Part shown: positions 1 to 8,998 of the stretch, piece by piece
How positions within the stretch are numbered: the stretch's first letter is position 1
Layout: the number at the start of each line of letters is the position of its first letter
NCBI GenBank assembly: GCA_036380815.1
Contig: DASVEA010000030.1
Location: 1-28,894, forward strand
Origin: Nitrospiraceae bacterium
GTDB lineage: Bacteria > Nitrospirota > Nitrospiria > Nitrospirales > Nitrospiraceae
DNA: 28,894 nucleotides
Reading direction: 5' to 3'
The notes under the pieces: model-generated
What the model saw: the letters and a program-made list of their open reading frames with translations, nothing else
The model's database searches: none
What the model was told of the DNA's origin: nothing
Position numbers and translations under genes: made by a program

Positions 1-3000
1 GGTTCATACGCTCCACGATTCCATTCGGTAATCCCCATGGCATTCAGGAGGTCTCCCTGTTTGTGGAGGTCCTTTAAACGGACTGCCAGGTCGAGGCCCT
101 CTTGAAAATACTGCAAAGCCTGCATCGGTTCGCCGAAATGATCGCGGGCGAGCCGGCCCATTTCATAAACGGCTTGGACCTCCCCGTAGTGATCGTCCAT
201 TCGAGTGCGCAAGAGTCGCGCCTTTTTCCAAGCGTCGAAGGCGTCGTGATTCCGGCAGGTTTGTTGGTAAATCGTGGCCGCGATGCTCCATGACACCGCT
301 TCATTGCAAGCATCTCCTAATTCGGCGAGGGCCGACGTACTTTCCAAGAAATATGGCAAGGCGTCATGGGGTCGGTTGAGCAAGAGGAGGAAGTTCCCGA
401 GCGCCGTCAGCCCATTGGAAAGGCCGCGCCCATATTTCATCTCCCGGCATATCCCCAGGACCTCCTCGCAGAGACGAAGGCAATCATCAGGGCGGTTTTG
501 TTTCCAATAAATGCTGGCCATACACGAGAGCACGAGCGTTTGATTGATCCGCAGGTGATGTTCCAAGCAGACCGCCAAGGAGTTGCCATAGAACGCGAGT
601 GCCTGGTCGAAATCACCCGCCTTATTGTGCACATTGGCGATGTTGAAGAGAATTGTCATCCGGTTAAACGGGTCCTGTTGGGAGGCCTCAAGTTCGAGTG
701 CTACTTGCAGCCGCTCCAGCGCCCCGGTGAAATCTCCGAGCTGTTGCAACACCGGCGCAAGATTGGTGAGGTCATGAGACATGGCTCGGAGATCGCCGCG
801 TTCGCGATCGATCGCCAGCGCCGCCTCGTTAGAAGCGACGGCGTCCTGAAGTCGGCCTTGATGCCATTGCAGAAAGCTAAGGCTGCGCAACGCGTTACTT
901 TCTCCCGCTCGATCCGCCAGGGCCTGCCTCATGGACAGCGATGTAGTCAGTGCTTCGTCGGCCTCCTGAAAACGGCCAAGCTGGGTGCAGAGATCGCCTT
1001 GCCGCAAATACGCGGCTGCCAATGATGCAGGATCGTCATGGAAACGAAGAATCGAAAAGACTTGAGTCATCACCGCCTCTTGGCGCGTGCGCCATCCGAG
1101 CGTGTCGCAAAGCCGTTCCTCTTCTAGCAGCGTTTCAACCAGCGTACTGTGCTTTGTCCGGTCAGGGGGCAGCTGTGAAATGGCGATCTTCATCTGCTCG
1201 ATCAACCGTAACGCTTCTTGAAATTGACTGACCCGTTTGGCTTTCTCGGCGGACTCGCGGGCATATTTGATCGCCTTCTTCCAGTCCTCAGCCAAACTGA
1301 AATGATGATGCAGGAGATTCACGAGTTCCTGCAGTCGATGTCGATACAGTTCTTCAATCGCGTTTCCAACAAGTCCGTGCAACACCTTTCTCTGCTGAAG
1401 AAGGACCGTAGAGTACACGACTTGTTGGGTGAGCACATGTTTGAACATGTACTCGGTCCCCGGATGGCCCTCGACTGGAAGCACCATGTCGAACCGGGCC
1501 AATGCATCCAACGATTCGCGCAAGTTGCTGGACGTTTGGCCTTGATAGACCTTGTCAAGCAAGCTGACGGTGAACACTCGTCCGATCACGGAGGCGAGCC
1601 GCAGTACTTCCTTGAGCTTCCAATCCAGGCGATCAAGACGGGTGCGGATGATCGATTGGACCGTCTCGGGCAGCACGAGGTCGTTGAGCGGTCGGGTCAG
1701 AGATGCCACGCGTTCCTGAACCACGACCACGCCGTCCTCGATAAGCCCATGACAAATTTCTTCAATGAACAACGGGTTCCCAGCGGTTCGCTCAAAGATG
1801 AGGTCTCGAAGTCCTGGGGGCACGAACTCAGTTTTAAATACCGACTGCATAATCCATTCGCTGTCCTTGGCATCGAGCGGACTCAGAACCATTGGAACGT
1901 GATGATTGAATGTCGCCGATGACACGACGTGGTGCGGTCGTGAGGTCATGAGCATTAACAGCGCATGGCCTGGCAGGACGCCGGCCAAGTGTCTCATGAC
2001 TTGCTCAGAGGGCTCATCGCGCCAATGCCAATCTTCCAATACCAATAGGGTCGGTCCCCGTGCTGCCACACGCGTGAAGACCTTGGCCAGAGCGTCCACC
2101 ATGGCATGCCGAAGTTCTTCGCCTTGCATATGCATGATCATGGGATCGGTATAAATAGACAGCAGGTGCAAATAATAGGGTAAGTACGGCGCTAATGCGG
2201 GATCGATGTTCAGGATGTTCGTCCGCACTTTGTGTGCCCTGTCGTCGGGTGGGGTGTTTTCAGTCAAAGCGAGCTCCTGCCGTAGCGCTTCAAGGAACGG
2301 ATAGTAGGGCGTCGATTGGGCGAAAGTTTGGCATTTGCCCTGGAGAACGGTGATCCTCTGGGCTTCCAGTCCCGTGGTGAATTCGTGAAGGAGCCGACTT
2401 TTTCCGATGCCGGCGTCTCCTATCACCGTGACCAATGCACCTTTCCCCATCTTGGTCCGTTCTAGACAGCCTTGGAGGATCTCTAATTCGTGTCGGCGGC
2501 CGACGTATTGACTGAAGCCCCGGAGGGCCGAGGCCTCAAAGCGCGATTGAATCTGGGATTTCTTGACGACGCGATAGGGTACGGATGGTCTCTCTTGTCC
2601 TTTGAGCTTGATGGCGGGCAGGGCCTCCGTTTCATAGTAGGGAGCGATCAGCTTCTGCGTATCGCTACTAACGAGAATGTCGTCCGGCTTGGCTTCGGTT
2701 TTCAGGCGAACACCAGTAATCACCGTTCCACCGGTAATTCCATACAACCCATCTCGGGTGTCCCGGAGGTTCGTCACGATCAAACCGGTATGGATGCCGG
2801 TATGCATTCTGAGCGGCTGCCCAATGCGCTTCTCAACTTCGGTGCTCAATTCGCGTACGACGTCGTGTAACTCCACCGCAGACCGCACGGCGCGAAGCGG
2901 ATCGTCTTCATGGGCTTCGGTGATGCCGTACAACGCCAAGATCTCGTCACCCACGAACTGATTGACGATGCCGCCATGGCGCTCGACGATCTCAACGGCG

Positions 3001-3311
3001 CGCTCCTTAATACGACGCATGACCGCTTCGACTTCCTCTGGGTCGAGCCGCTCGTTCATTGCCGTATAGCCGGTGAGATCCGAGAAGAGAATGGTAGCCG
3101 GTAGGCGTTCGCCTGAAGGTTCGGGCGGTATCGACGCAGGAGAAAGTGGGCTTACCGTAGATTGGGCAAGATGTAAGCCGCAGGTGAGACAATACTGGGC
3201 ATGGAGAGGTAGACGTTCCCGGCACTGCGGACAGTCCTTAGTGATCGCTGCTCCGCAGTGCGAGCAGATCCCTGCGTCAGCCGGGTTGTCTGAATGAGTA
3301 CAGGGTGCCAT
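1..3311 (-). CDS. Double zinc ribbon + class III adenylate/guanylate cyclase + AAA ATPase + TPR protein (3' end truncated by window edge, at least 1103 aa)
   Basis: Hand translation from ATG 3311: MAPCTHSDNPADAGICSHCG..CPQC..CLTCG (zinc ribbon), ILFSDLTGYTAMNERLDPEEV and NQFVGDEILALYG (cyclase), GDAGIGKSRLLHEF (Walker A), and TPR-like QALQYFQEGLDLA..GDLLNAMG near base 1. Absent from the ORF track, consistent with no stop inside the window; the middle was not fully hand-translated. Confidence 0.9.
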   Translation of the reverse strand, partial: MAPCTHSDNPADAGICSHCGAAITKDCPQCRERLPLHAQYCLTCGLHLAQSTVSPLSPASIPPEPSGERLPATILFSDLTGYTAMNERLDPEEVEAVMRRIKERAVEIVERHGGIVNQFVGDEILALYGITEAHEDDPLRAVRSAVELHDVVRELSTEVEKRIGQPLRMHTGIHTGLIVTNLRDTRDGLYGITGGTVITGVRLKTEAKPDDILVSSDTQKLIAPYYETEALPAIKLKGQERPSVPYRVVKKSQIQSRFEASALRGFSQYVGRRHELEILQGCLERTKMGKGALVTVIGDAGIGKSRLLHEFTTGLEAQRITVLQGKCQTFAQSTPYYPFLEALRQELALTENTPPDDRAHKVRTNILNIDPALAPYLPYYLHLLSIYTDPMIMHMQGEELRHAMVDALAKVFTRVAARGPTLLVLEDWHWRDEPSEQVMRHLAGVLPGHALLMLMTSRPHHVVSSATFNHHVPMVLSPLDAKDSEWIMQSVFKTEFVPPGLRDLIFERTAGNPLFIEEICHGLIEDGVVVVQERVASLTRPLNDLVLPETVQSIIRTRLDRLDWKLKEVLRLASVIGRVFTVSLLDKVYQGQTSSNLRESLDALARFDMVLPVEGHPGTEYMFKHVLTQQVVYSTVLLQQRKVLHGLVGNAIEELYRHRLQELVNLLHHHFSLAEDWKKAIKYARESAEKAKRVSQFQEALRLIEQMKIAISQLPPDRTKHSTLVETLLEEERLCDTLGWRTRQEAVMTQVFSILRFHDDPASLAAAYLRQGDLCTQLGRFQEADEALTTSLSMRQALADRAGESNALRSLSFLQWHQGRLQDAVASNEAALAIDRERGDLRAMSHDLTNLAPVLQQLGDFTGALERLQVALELEASQQDPFNRMTILFNIANVHNKAGDFDQALAFYGNSLAVCLEHHLRINQTLVLSCMASIYWKQNRPDDCLRLCEEVLGICREMKYGRGLSNGLTALGNFLLLLNRPHDALPYFLESTSALAELGDACNEAVSWSIAATIYQQTCRNHDAFDAWKKARLLRTRMDDHYGEVQAVYEMGRLARDHFGEPMQALQYFQEGLDLAVRLKDLHKQGDLLNAMGITEWNRGAYE

Positions 3312-3363
3312 TGCAGGGAAGATTCTTTAGTATATACGGGCTGAGAAAGCAATTGGTATACCA

Positions 3364-3555
3364 GTGGCGCTCACCATCACGCTGCTGAATGAACAACGGA
3401 TCGTTCTGCCTGAAGCGGTCGAGAGGACAGGGGGCACGAGCCTGATCTTGACGCATGGATTCAGGAAGGCCGGCGACAAAACTCCCAAACGAGAAATCGA
3501 CCGAGCCGAAGCCTGCAAGAAAGATTTTGAAGGGAGAGTGAAGCATGAAAGCTAA
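3364..3555 (+). pseudogene. N-terminally truncated RelE/ParE-superfamily (HigB / Gp49-like) toxin
   Basis: C-terminal LILTHGFRKAGDKTPKREIDRAEACKKDF resembles the Gp49/HigB toxin tail. The N-terminal half is unrecognisable. The stop overlaps the start of the downstream HTH gene. Confidence 0.7.
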
Positions 3556-3862
3556 AGCTGCGCGAGCTGGCAAGGGATGGCTAGATAGAAAACTGGCGAG
3601 TCCAAAATTCCGCAAAGGATTTGATGAGGAAGTACAGAAGTTGGCAATCGGTGAGCAGCTCTCTCGGCTGCGCCAAGAAGCGGGACTCACTCAGGCACAA
3701 GTGGCGCAGCGAGCGAAGACGACGGCCTCTGCCATCAGCCGTTACGAAAACGCGGAGTACGATCGCTACGAACTCCGCACGCTTCAGAGGATCGTCCTTG
3801 CCTGCGGAGGGCGACTCGATATTATCTTGGAGCCTGGGCCGAAAACTCACCGGGCTGCTTAG
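3545..3862 (+). CDS. XRE-family HTH protein, HigA-like antitoxin
   Basis: GEQLSRLRQEAGLTQAQVAQRAKTTASAISRYEN is an XRE HTH; it lies directly downstream of the toxin remnant (toxin-first order). Confidence 0.85.
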   Translation: MKAKAARAGKGWLDRKLASPKFRKGFDEEVQKLAIGEQLSRLRQEAGLTQAQVAQRAKTTASAISRYENAEYDRYELRTLQRIVLACGGRLDIILEPGPKTHRAA

Positions 3863-3917
3863 GGTAGGACGCCGTGTGACGCTCGTCTCGCGTCGGGGTC
3901 CACGGCACCGCCTTCGC

Positions 3918-4010
3918 CTTCTTCTCCATCGCCCGTCTGACTTTCGCGAGTTCGAACCGCGCCATGCGACCCAGCCACTGCACGGGGATTTCCTCCTTGC
4001 GGTAGGCCCG
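3918..4010 (-). pseudogene. Excisionase/AlpA-like (HTH_17-type) DNA-binding fragment
   Basis: Minus strand reads RAYRKEEIPVQWLGRMARFELAKVRRAMEKK, the wing pattern of MerR-like excisionases. No start codon before an upstream in-frame stop. Confidence 0.45.
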
Positions 4011-4215
4011 CTTAGTGGACCAGCTGTTTGCGTATCCCGCGATTACCGCAAATCAGGCTGCAAAGCTGTTAAAGGTGACTTATCGCTCGGCACAGTTGAA
4101 CATTGAAAAACTGATCCGCAAGGGGATTCTCAAAGAGGCCACAGGGAAACAGCGCAACCGAGTGTTTATCGCTCCGCAAATCGTGAAGATCATCGAAGCG
4201 ACACATGCGAGCTAA
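4006..4215 (+). pseudogene. C-terminal winged-helix remnant of a Fic-family protein
   Basis: ARLVDQLFAYPAITANQAAKLLKVTYRSAQLNIEKLIRKGILKEATGKQRNRVF resembles Fic C-terminal HTH tails. A TAG immediately precedes it and no Fic HPFxxGNGR motif is present. Confidence 0.7.
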
Positions 4216-4224
4216 TGCACGAGA

Positions 4225-4316
4225 GCTAACAACTGCCTCTCCGTGAAGGCGGAAGTCACACGGTGTATGTGAACCGCACGGTCGGCAAAACGTCGACCGT
4301 TCCCCGCCATCGAGAG
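4225..4316 (+). pseudogene. hicA: HicA toxin remnant (frameshifted, truncated)
   Basis: ANNC, then a frameshift, then LREGGSHTVYVNRTVGKTSTVPRHRE, containing the HicA GSH and VPRH signatures. No start codon and no hicB. Confidence 0.7.
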
Positions 4317-4427
4317 ATGCGGGGAACCTCCGTTCTTCCCGGAACACAGACGCAAGTTGGGAGGAGCAGCCAGAAATATATTTAGAAAGATCAAGAACAA
4401 TATTCATAAAACTCTTTCCCCAGCTTC

Positions 4428-4448
4428 TGTGGATAAGTCTGTTCATAA
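4428..4448. promoter_or_regulatory. One perfect DnaA box plus one degenerate box
   Basis: TGTGGATAA (4428-4436) is the reverse complement of TTATCCACA; TGTTCATAA (4440-4448) is a 2-mismatch copy. A single 9-mer can occur by chance. Confidence 0.4.
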
Positions 4449-4534
4449 GATCGCCCTGCCAGCTAAATACCGCATATTTCTCTATCTCTAATACGTCATT
4501 GCCTAAAAATTAAGCATTGATTGAAACGTCCCCC

Positions 4535-4556
4535 GTACCACAAGATATGGGGGTAC
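4535..4556. promoter_or_regulatory. Imperfect palindrome resembling an NrdR box
   Basis: gtacCACAAGATATGGGGgtac compared with the NrdR consensus acaCwAtATaTwGtgt; single copy only. Confidence 0.3.
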
Positions 4557-4827
4557 TTCCAATAAGGTAAGCCAGAAACAACTATTCCTAGAAAGTTGCC
4601 AGGCTTTTCAAGCATCGCATTATGAATTTCCGCACTGGGAGCGGGTTCGCACTCAAGTTATGCACAGATACCCCTACTGAACTACGTGTTCTGCTTCTTG
4701 ACACCCAGAACGTACCCGCTGGAATATCGGGGATCCTAGCGGCGGAGAGCGACCAGGCGGTTGTCTTCCGCTCACGCAGGAAATTGTACAAGCAATGGAA
4801 GGGCTGGCGGGCGGACCCGGAGCTTGA

Positions 4828-4917
4828 TTAGCGAAGCAATATGGCAAGCAGGATGCCGATTGCGGCCATGCTACTAAGGACGAGAATGGCATCGAAGAGT
4901 GATCGAAATTCGCTCAT
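4828..4917 (-). CDS. Putative 29-aa single-pass membrane peptide
   Basis: MSEFRSLFDAILVLSSMAAIGILLAILLR*; Shine-Dalgarno AGGAGGTGA (4927-4935) 9 nt before the ATG. Below the ORF-track length cutoff. Confidence 0.55.
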   Translation of the reverse strand: MSEFRSLFDAILVLSSMAAIGILLAILLR

Positions 4918-4989
4918 TAAATGTAGTCACCTCCTGTATACGAACCGTACCGCTGAGAGTGCGTTTCGTCAAACTAGGATGTCCTCTAG

Positions 4990-5055
4990 AGCTGGTGCTG
5001 GTGGTATCGGAAATATGCGCCAGGTGATACCGCGCTCGAAGGGTTAGAGAAGGAA
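4990..5055 (+). pseudogene. Thermonuclease (SNase-like) internal fragment, copy A
   Basis: [22 protein letters not shown] matches the LVxxGxAWxYxxY / amphipathic helix region of SNase-family nucleases; no start codon. Confidence 0.7.
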
Positions 5056-5228
5056 GGTCGTTCCCATTTTTCAATAAACTGTCTACAATTGAAGCGGGGC
5101 AGAACAAGACGCACGGAGATGCATCAATGACAGGTAAAGACGCTCAAGGCCCTGGCAGGTATCGAAATCACGTCCACGACGCTCTCCGTGATATGCGATC
5201 CGGCAGAATGAACGTGGAAGGAGGAAGC

Positions 5229-7364
5229 ATGAGAGTGTGGCCGGGGAAACCCTATCCGCTCGGCGCCACGTGGGACGGCGAAGGGGTCAACTTTGCGCTG
5301 TTTTCAGAAAACGCCACGGCAGTGGAACTCTGTCTCTTCGAAGGACCGGACTCTGCGAAGGAGTCGCACTGTATCCGCGTGGAAGAGCGCACGGACCAAA
5401 TCTGGCACGTCTATCTGCCGGGTTTGTGGCCGAGCCAACATTATGGATATCGCGTACATGGTCCTTACGATCCCGAAGCCGGGCACCGCTTCAATCCCAA
5501 TAAGCTCTTGATCGATCCCTATGCGAAATCCGTTGCCGGCACCATCGAATGGTCCGATGCCATGTTCGGCTATCGCATCGGCGATCCACAGGCCGATCTC
5601 TCATTCGACACCAGAAACAACGCCGGCAACATTCCCAAGTGTGTCGTGATCGATCAAGCCTTCACGTGGGGCGGCGACCACTTGCTCAAAACGCCGTGGG
5701 ATAAATCGATCATCTATGAAGTGCACGTCAAGGGTTTCACGGCTCGACATCCGGAGGTCCCGGAACAGATGCGGGGTACCTATGCGGGACTCACGACGCC
5801 TGCCGTCATCGACTACTTGCTCGCACTGGGGGTCACCGCCATTGAGCTAATGCCCGTCCATCACTTTGTTTGCGACAAGCATCTCCTCGACCGCGACCTC
5901 ACCAACTACTGGGGCTACAACTCCATCGGCTATTTCGCACCCGATATGCGCTATGCCACCTCGCCGGTTCGCGGCCGTGTCGTGCGGGAATTTAAGACGA
6001 TGGTGAAGACGCTGCATAGCGCGGGGATCGAAGTCATCCTCGACGTCGTCTATAACCATACGGCGGAGGGGAACCACCTTGGCCCCACCCTCTCGTTCAG
6101 AGGCATCGATAACGCGTCCTACTACCGACTGCTCGACGACGATAGACGGTACTACATGGACTTTACGGGCTGCGGCAACACGCTCAACGTGACGCATCCC
6201 CGCACCCTTCAACTGATCATGGACAGTCTGCGTTATTGGGTGACGGAGATGCACGTGGACGGATTTCGGTTTGATCTGGCCTCCGCCCTTGCACGGGAAC
6301 TGCACGCGGTGGATCGGTTGGGCGCCTTCTTCGACATTCTCCATCAAGATCCGATCCTGTCCCAAGTGAAGTTGATCGCGGAACCGTGGGACGTGGGGGA
6401 AGGTGGCTATCAGGTCGGGAACTTTCCGGTGGGCTGGGCCGAATGGAACGGCAAGTATCGGGATACGATCCGCCGGTATGTGAAGGGCGACGGAGGACAG
6501 GTGGCGGAGCTCGCGTATCGGCTAACCGGCAGCAGCGACCTCTACAGCATGAGTGGGCGCCGCCCCTATGCCAGCGTCAATTTCATCACGGCCCATGATG
6601 GGTTCACCCTCCACGACCTCGTCTCGTATAACGAGAAACACAACGAGGCCAACGGCGAGCAAAACTTCGACGGCACCGATGACAATGCCAGTTGGAACTG
6701 CGGCGCGGAGGGACCGACAAGCAACCCCGCAGTTGTCGACCTCCGTGAGCGTCAGAAACGCAACTTCCTGACCTTACTGTTCTTATCGCAAGGCGTGCCG
6801 ATGCTCTGCAGCGGCGACGAAATTGGCCGCACCCAGAAAGGCAACAATAACGCCTTTTGCCAGGATAACGAGATCAGTTGGTTCGATTGGAAGCTCGATC
6901 GTGCGCAACGCCATTTACTGGAATTCACGCGCAGCCTCATCGCGTTTCGCAAGCGACATCCGGTCTTGAGGCGTCGCCTATTCTTTCAAGGCCGCCACAT
7001 CCGAGGATCGGAGGTGAAGGACATTTCGTGGTTCAAGCCGGATGGTAAGGAAATGACCGACGAGGACTGGAATGCGGGCTATACGAAGTCGCTCGCACTG
7101 CGACTTGCCGGTGACGCGATCGGCGAGGCGGATGAAAAGGGACGGTCAATCGTCGACGACACGTTGCTGATATTACTCAATGCTCACCATGGGCCACTCG
7201 CCTTCACACTACCAGCTCACAAGCGCGGCGTTCGCTGGCAGCCGATCCTCGATACCACCGTGTCAGCCGGCGGTGAAAAATCGGTCTCTACCCTCAAAGG
7301 GGGCGAGCGGTTCGAGCTAGAAGCCCGGTCGATCACCGTCCTGCGGATCAGCGACAGGCAGTGA
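5229..7364 (+). CDS. glgX: Glycogen debranching enzyme / isoamylase (GH13)
   Basis: [71 protein letters not shown] precedes ATG 5229, preferred over the ORF-track start at 5127. Confidence 0.97.
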   Translation: MRVWPGKPYPLGATWDGEGVNFALFSENATAVELCLFEGPDSAKESHCIRVEERTDQIWHVYLPGLWPSQHYGYRVHGPYDPEAGHRFNPNKLLIDPYAKSVAGTIEWSDAMFGYRIGDPQADLSFDTRNNAGNIPKCVVIDQAFTWGGDHLLKTPWDKSIIYEVHVKGFTARHPEVPEQMRGTYAGLTTPAVIDYLLALGVTAIELMPVHHFVCDKHLLDRDLTNYWGYNSIGYFAPDMRYATSPVRGRVVREFKTMVKTLHSAGIEVILDVVYNHTAEGNHLGPTLSFRGIDNASYYRLLDDDRRYYMDFTGCGNTLNVTHPRTLQLIMDSLRYWVTEMHVDGFRFDLASALARELHAVDRLGAFFDILHQDPILSQVKLIAEPWDVGEGGYQVGNFPVGWAEWNGKYRDTIRRYVKGDGGQVAELAYRLTGSSDLYSMSGRRPYASVNFITAHDGFTLHDLVSYNEKHNEANGEQNFDGTDDNASWNCGAEGPTSNPAVVDLRERQKRNFLTLLFLSQGVPMLCSGDEIGRTQKGNNNAFCQDNEISWFDWKLDRAQRHLLEFTRSLIAFRKRHPVLRRRLFFQGRHIRGSEVKDISWFKPDGKEMTDEDWNAGYTKSLALRLAGDAIGEADEKGRSIVDDTLLILLNAHHGPLAFTLPAHKRGVRWQPILDTTVSAGGEKSVSTLKGGERFELEARSITVLRISDRQ

Positions 7365-7553
7365 GGACCATATTTTACGCATCTATTGCGTCGAATAGTG
7401 AGCTTAATCACCGCATCACAAAAAGTGTGCTCATTGAGGGATATTCAAATCCGCAAAGACATTACATGTAGTCAATTGTTACAAGAGTACTCGTGTAGAA
7501 TGTCATTCGCTTGATACGGCTCGTCCAGGCTCTGATAGGTAAGAGGGGTCGTC

Positions 7554-7742
7554 ATGACACCGAACCAAGCCGCAGAACTGCAAGAAAAGTGGAAACAGCA
7601 CAAGAATTCCTACAGGTGTCCGCACGCCGCCGTGGATATGGAATTGACTGAGGACGGTCACAACACCGGCAATTACCGCTGCCGTGCCTGCGGTGCCGAG
7701 GTTGACCCACCGCCACAGTCCTATCGGCTTCCCTCGACTTGA
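7554..7742 (+). CDS. Small hypothetical Cys/His (zinc-binding-like) protein, 62 aa
   Basis: GAGGGG SD; CPH...H..GNYRCRACG motif. Confidence 0.55.
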   Translation: MTPNQAAELQEKWKQHKNSYRCPHAAVDMELTEDGHNTGNYRCRACGAEVDPPPQSYRLPST

Positions 7743-8040
7743 TGCTTGCAAGTTGGGGTGTCGTAATACACGCATTTCCTTCGCTACCCGTCGTTGCGAT
7801 TCCGACGCGCCCCTCCTAGAATCTGTTTCTTGCGGGATGTCAGCACGGTTCTTTCCCTGCCTGGGGCCTATGTCTATCTCGTTTGGTTGGCCCCTCCCTT
7901 CACACAACGCTCCCACATTGTCTCCGGAATGATGGATACGTCCACGACTTTGCGATAGACTCGCCCACAACATATTGTTTGAGCCTGCATGGCTATGTTG
8001 CAGAGGCTAGCCGCGGCAGACTTCAGAGTTAGGTGTTGCT

Positions 8041-8730
8041 ATGCCACACTTCGAAAGACATAGAATACGCCGCATTGGATGGCTCCGTGCGGCTGTTCTT
8101 GGTGCAAATGACGGCATTGTTTCCACTGCTAGCCTCGTCTTAGGTGTAGCAGCGGCAGGCGCGAGTTCAAAGAGTATTCTGATCGCGGGCGTGGCCGGTC
8201 TTGTGGCTGGTGCGATGTCGATGGCTGCCGGCGAGTATGTTTCGGTGAGTTCGCAAGCCGATACCGAGCGCGCCGATCTAGATCGGGAGCGTAAGGAGTT
8301 AGCAGCTGACCCCAAACAAGAACACAGGGAAATGACCGCGATCTACGTTGGGCGTGGGCTCGATGCAGAACTAGCCTCCAACGTCGCAACCCAGCTGATG
8401 GCACATGATGCCCTCGGCGCACATGGGCGTGACGAGCTGGGTATATCCGATACATTGGCCGCACGACCGGTTCAAGCCGCATTGGCGTCGGCCGTCACGT
8501 TTTCAGTTGGCGCTGTCCTGCCTCTCTTGATTGTCCTGTTGGTGCCGATATCTGCGCTCATGTGGACTGTTTCTGGCACCTCGCTCTTGTTTCTCGCGCT
8601 ATTAGGCTCCCTGGCTGCGCGCGTCGGCGGCGCTTCTGTCATTACCGCTGCCGCGCGGGTGACCTTTTGGGGCGCCTTGGCCATGGCCTTGACCGCTGGG
8701 GTTGGGGCTGTGTTTGGAGTCACTGCCTGA
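8041..8730 (+). CDS. VIT1/CCC1-family Fe/Mn transporter
   Basis: WLRAAVLGANDGIVSTASL and GAMSMAAGEYVSVSSQ signature motifs; multiple hydrophobic helices. Confidence 0.92.
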   Translation: MPHFERHRIRRIGWLRAAVLGANDGIVSTASLVLGVAAAGASSKSILIAGVAGLVAGAMSMAAGEYVSVSSQADTERADLDRERKELAADPKQEHREMTAIYVGRGLDAELASNVATQLMAHDALGAHGRDELGISDTLAARPVQAALASAVTFSVGAVLPLLIVLLVPISALMWTVSGTSLLFLALLGSLAARVGGASVITAAARVTFWGALAMALTAGVGAVFGVTA

Positions 8731-8998
8731 GATCCCTACCACTACTGATCGAAGGAGAATACGGCACCAGTACCCATTTCACGGCACAGCGTATCGGTGA
8801 TAGACACCATGCATTCAATAGAGGTCGCATACAGACCCGTCGGCATAGCGCCCGTGCAGGTCAGCCTTAACGCCGTGCGAGTTGTCGCTTAACGCATCAC
8901 GCCGTGGTCTGGACAGCATCGTTCGGCACGGAACGTTCAGGGCGCTTGGAATCGAACAGAAACCGAGTTCCCACTATCGTCAGCTTCAAAGGAAAAGC

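Noticed and set aside
102-3104. Plus-strand ORFs 102-293, 366-1025, 1218-1922, 2490-2870, 2910-3104
   Set aside because: All are antisense shadows in register with the cyclase gene and show no family motifs.
4380-4620. Chromosomal oriC
   Set aside because: Only one perfect DnaA box, no clear unwinding repeats, and no dnaA/dnaN/gidA context.
4622-4831. 69-aa ORF ending KGWRADPELD, and an alternative frame RVRTQVMHRYPY resembling ParE
   Set aside because: No convincing motif or SD; both resemblances are too short to call.
5127-5228. ORF-track N-terminal extension of glgX (likewise 8882, 12645, 17724, 18949, 24098, 25189 for other genes)
   Set aside because: Downstream starts have better SD sites or match the family N-termini; SRAP needs Cys at position 2.
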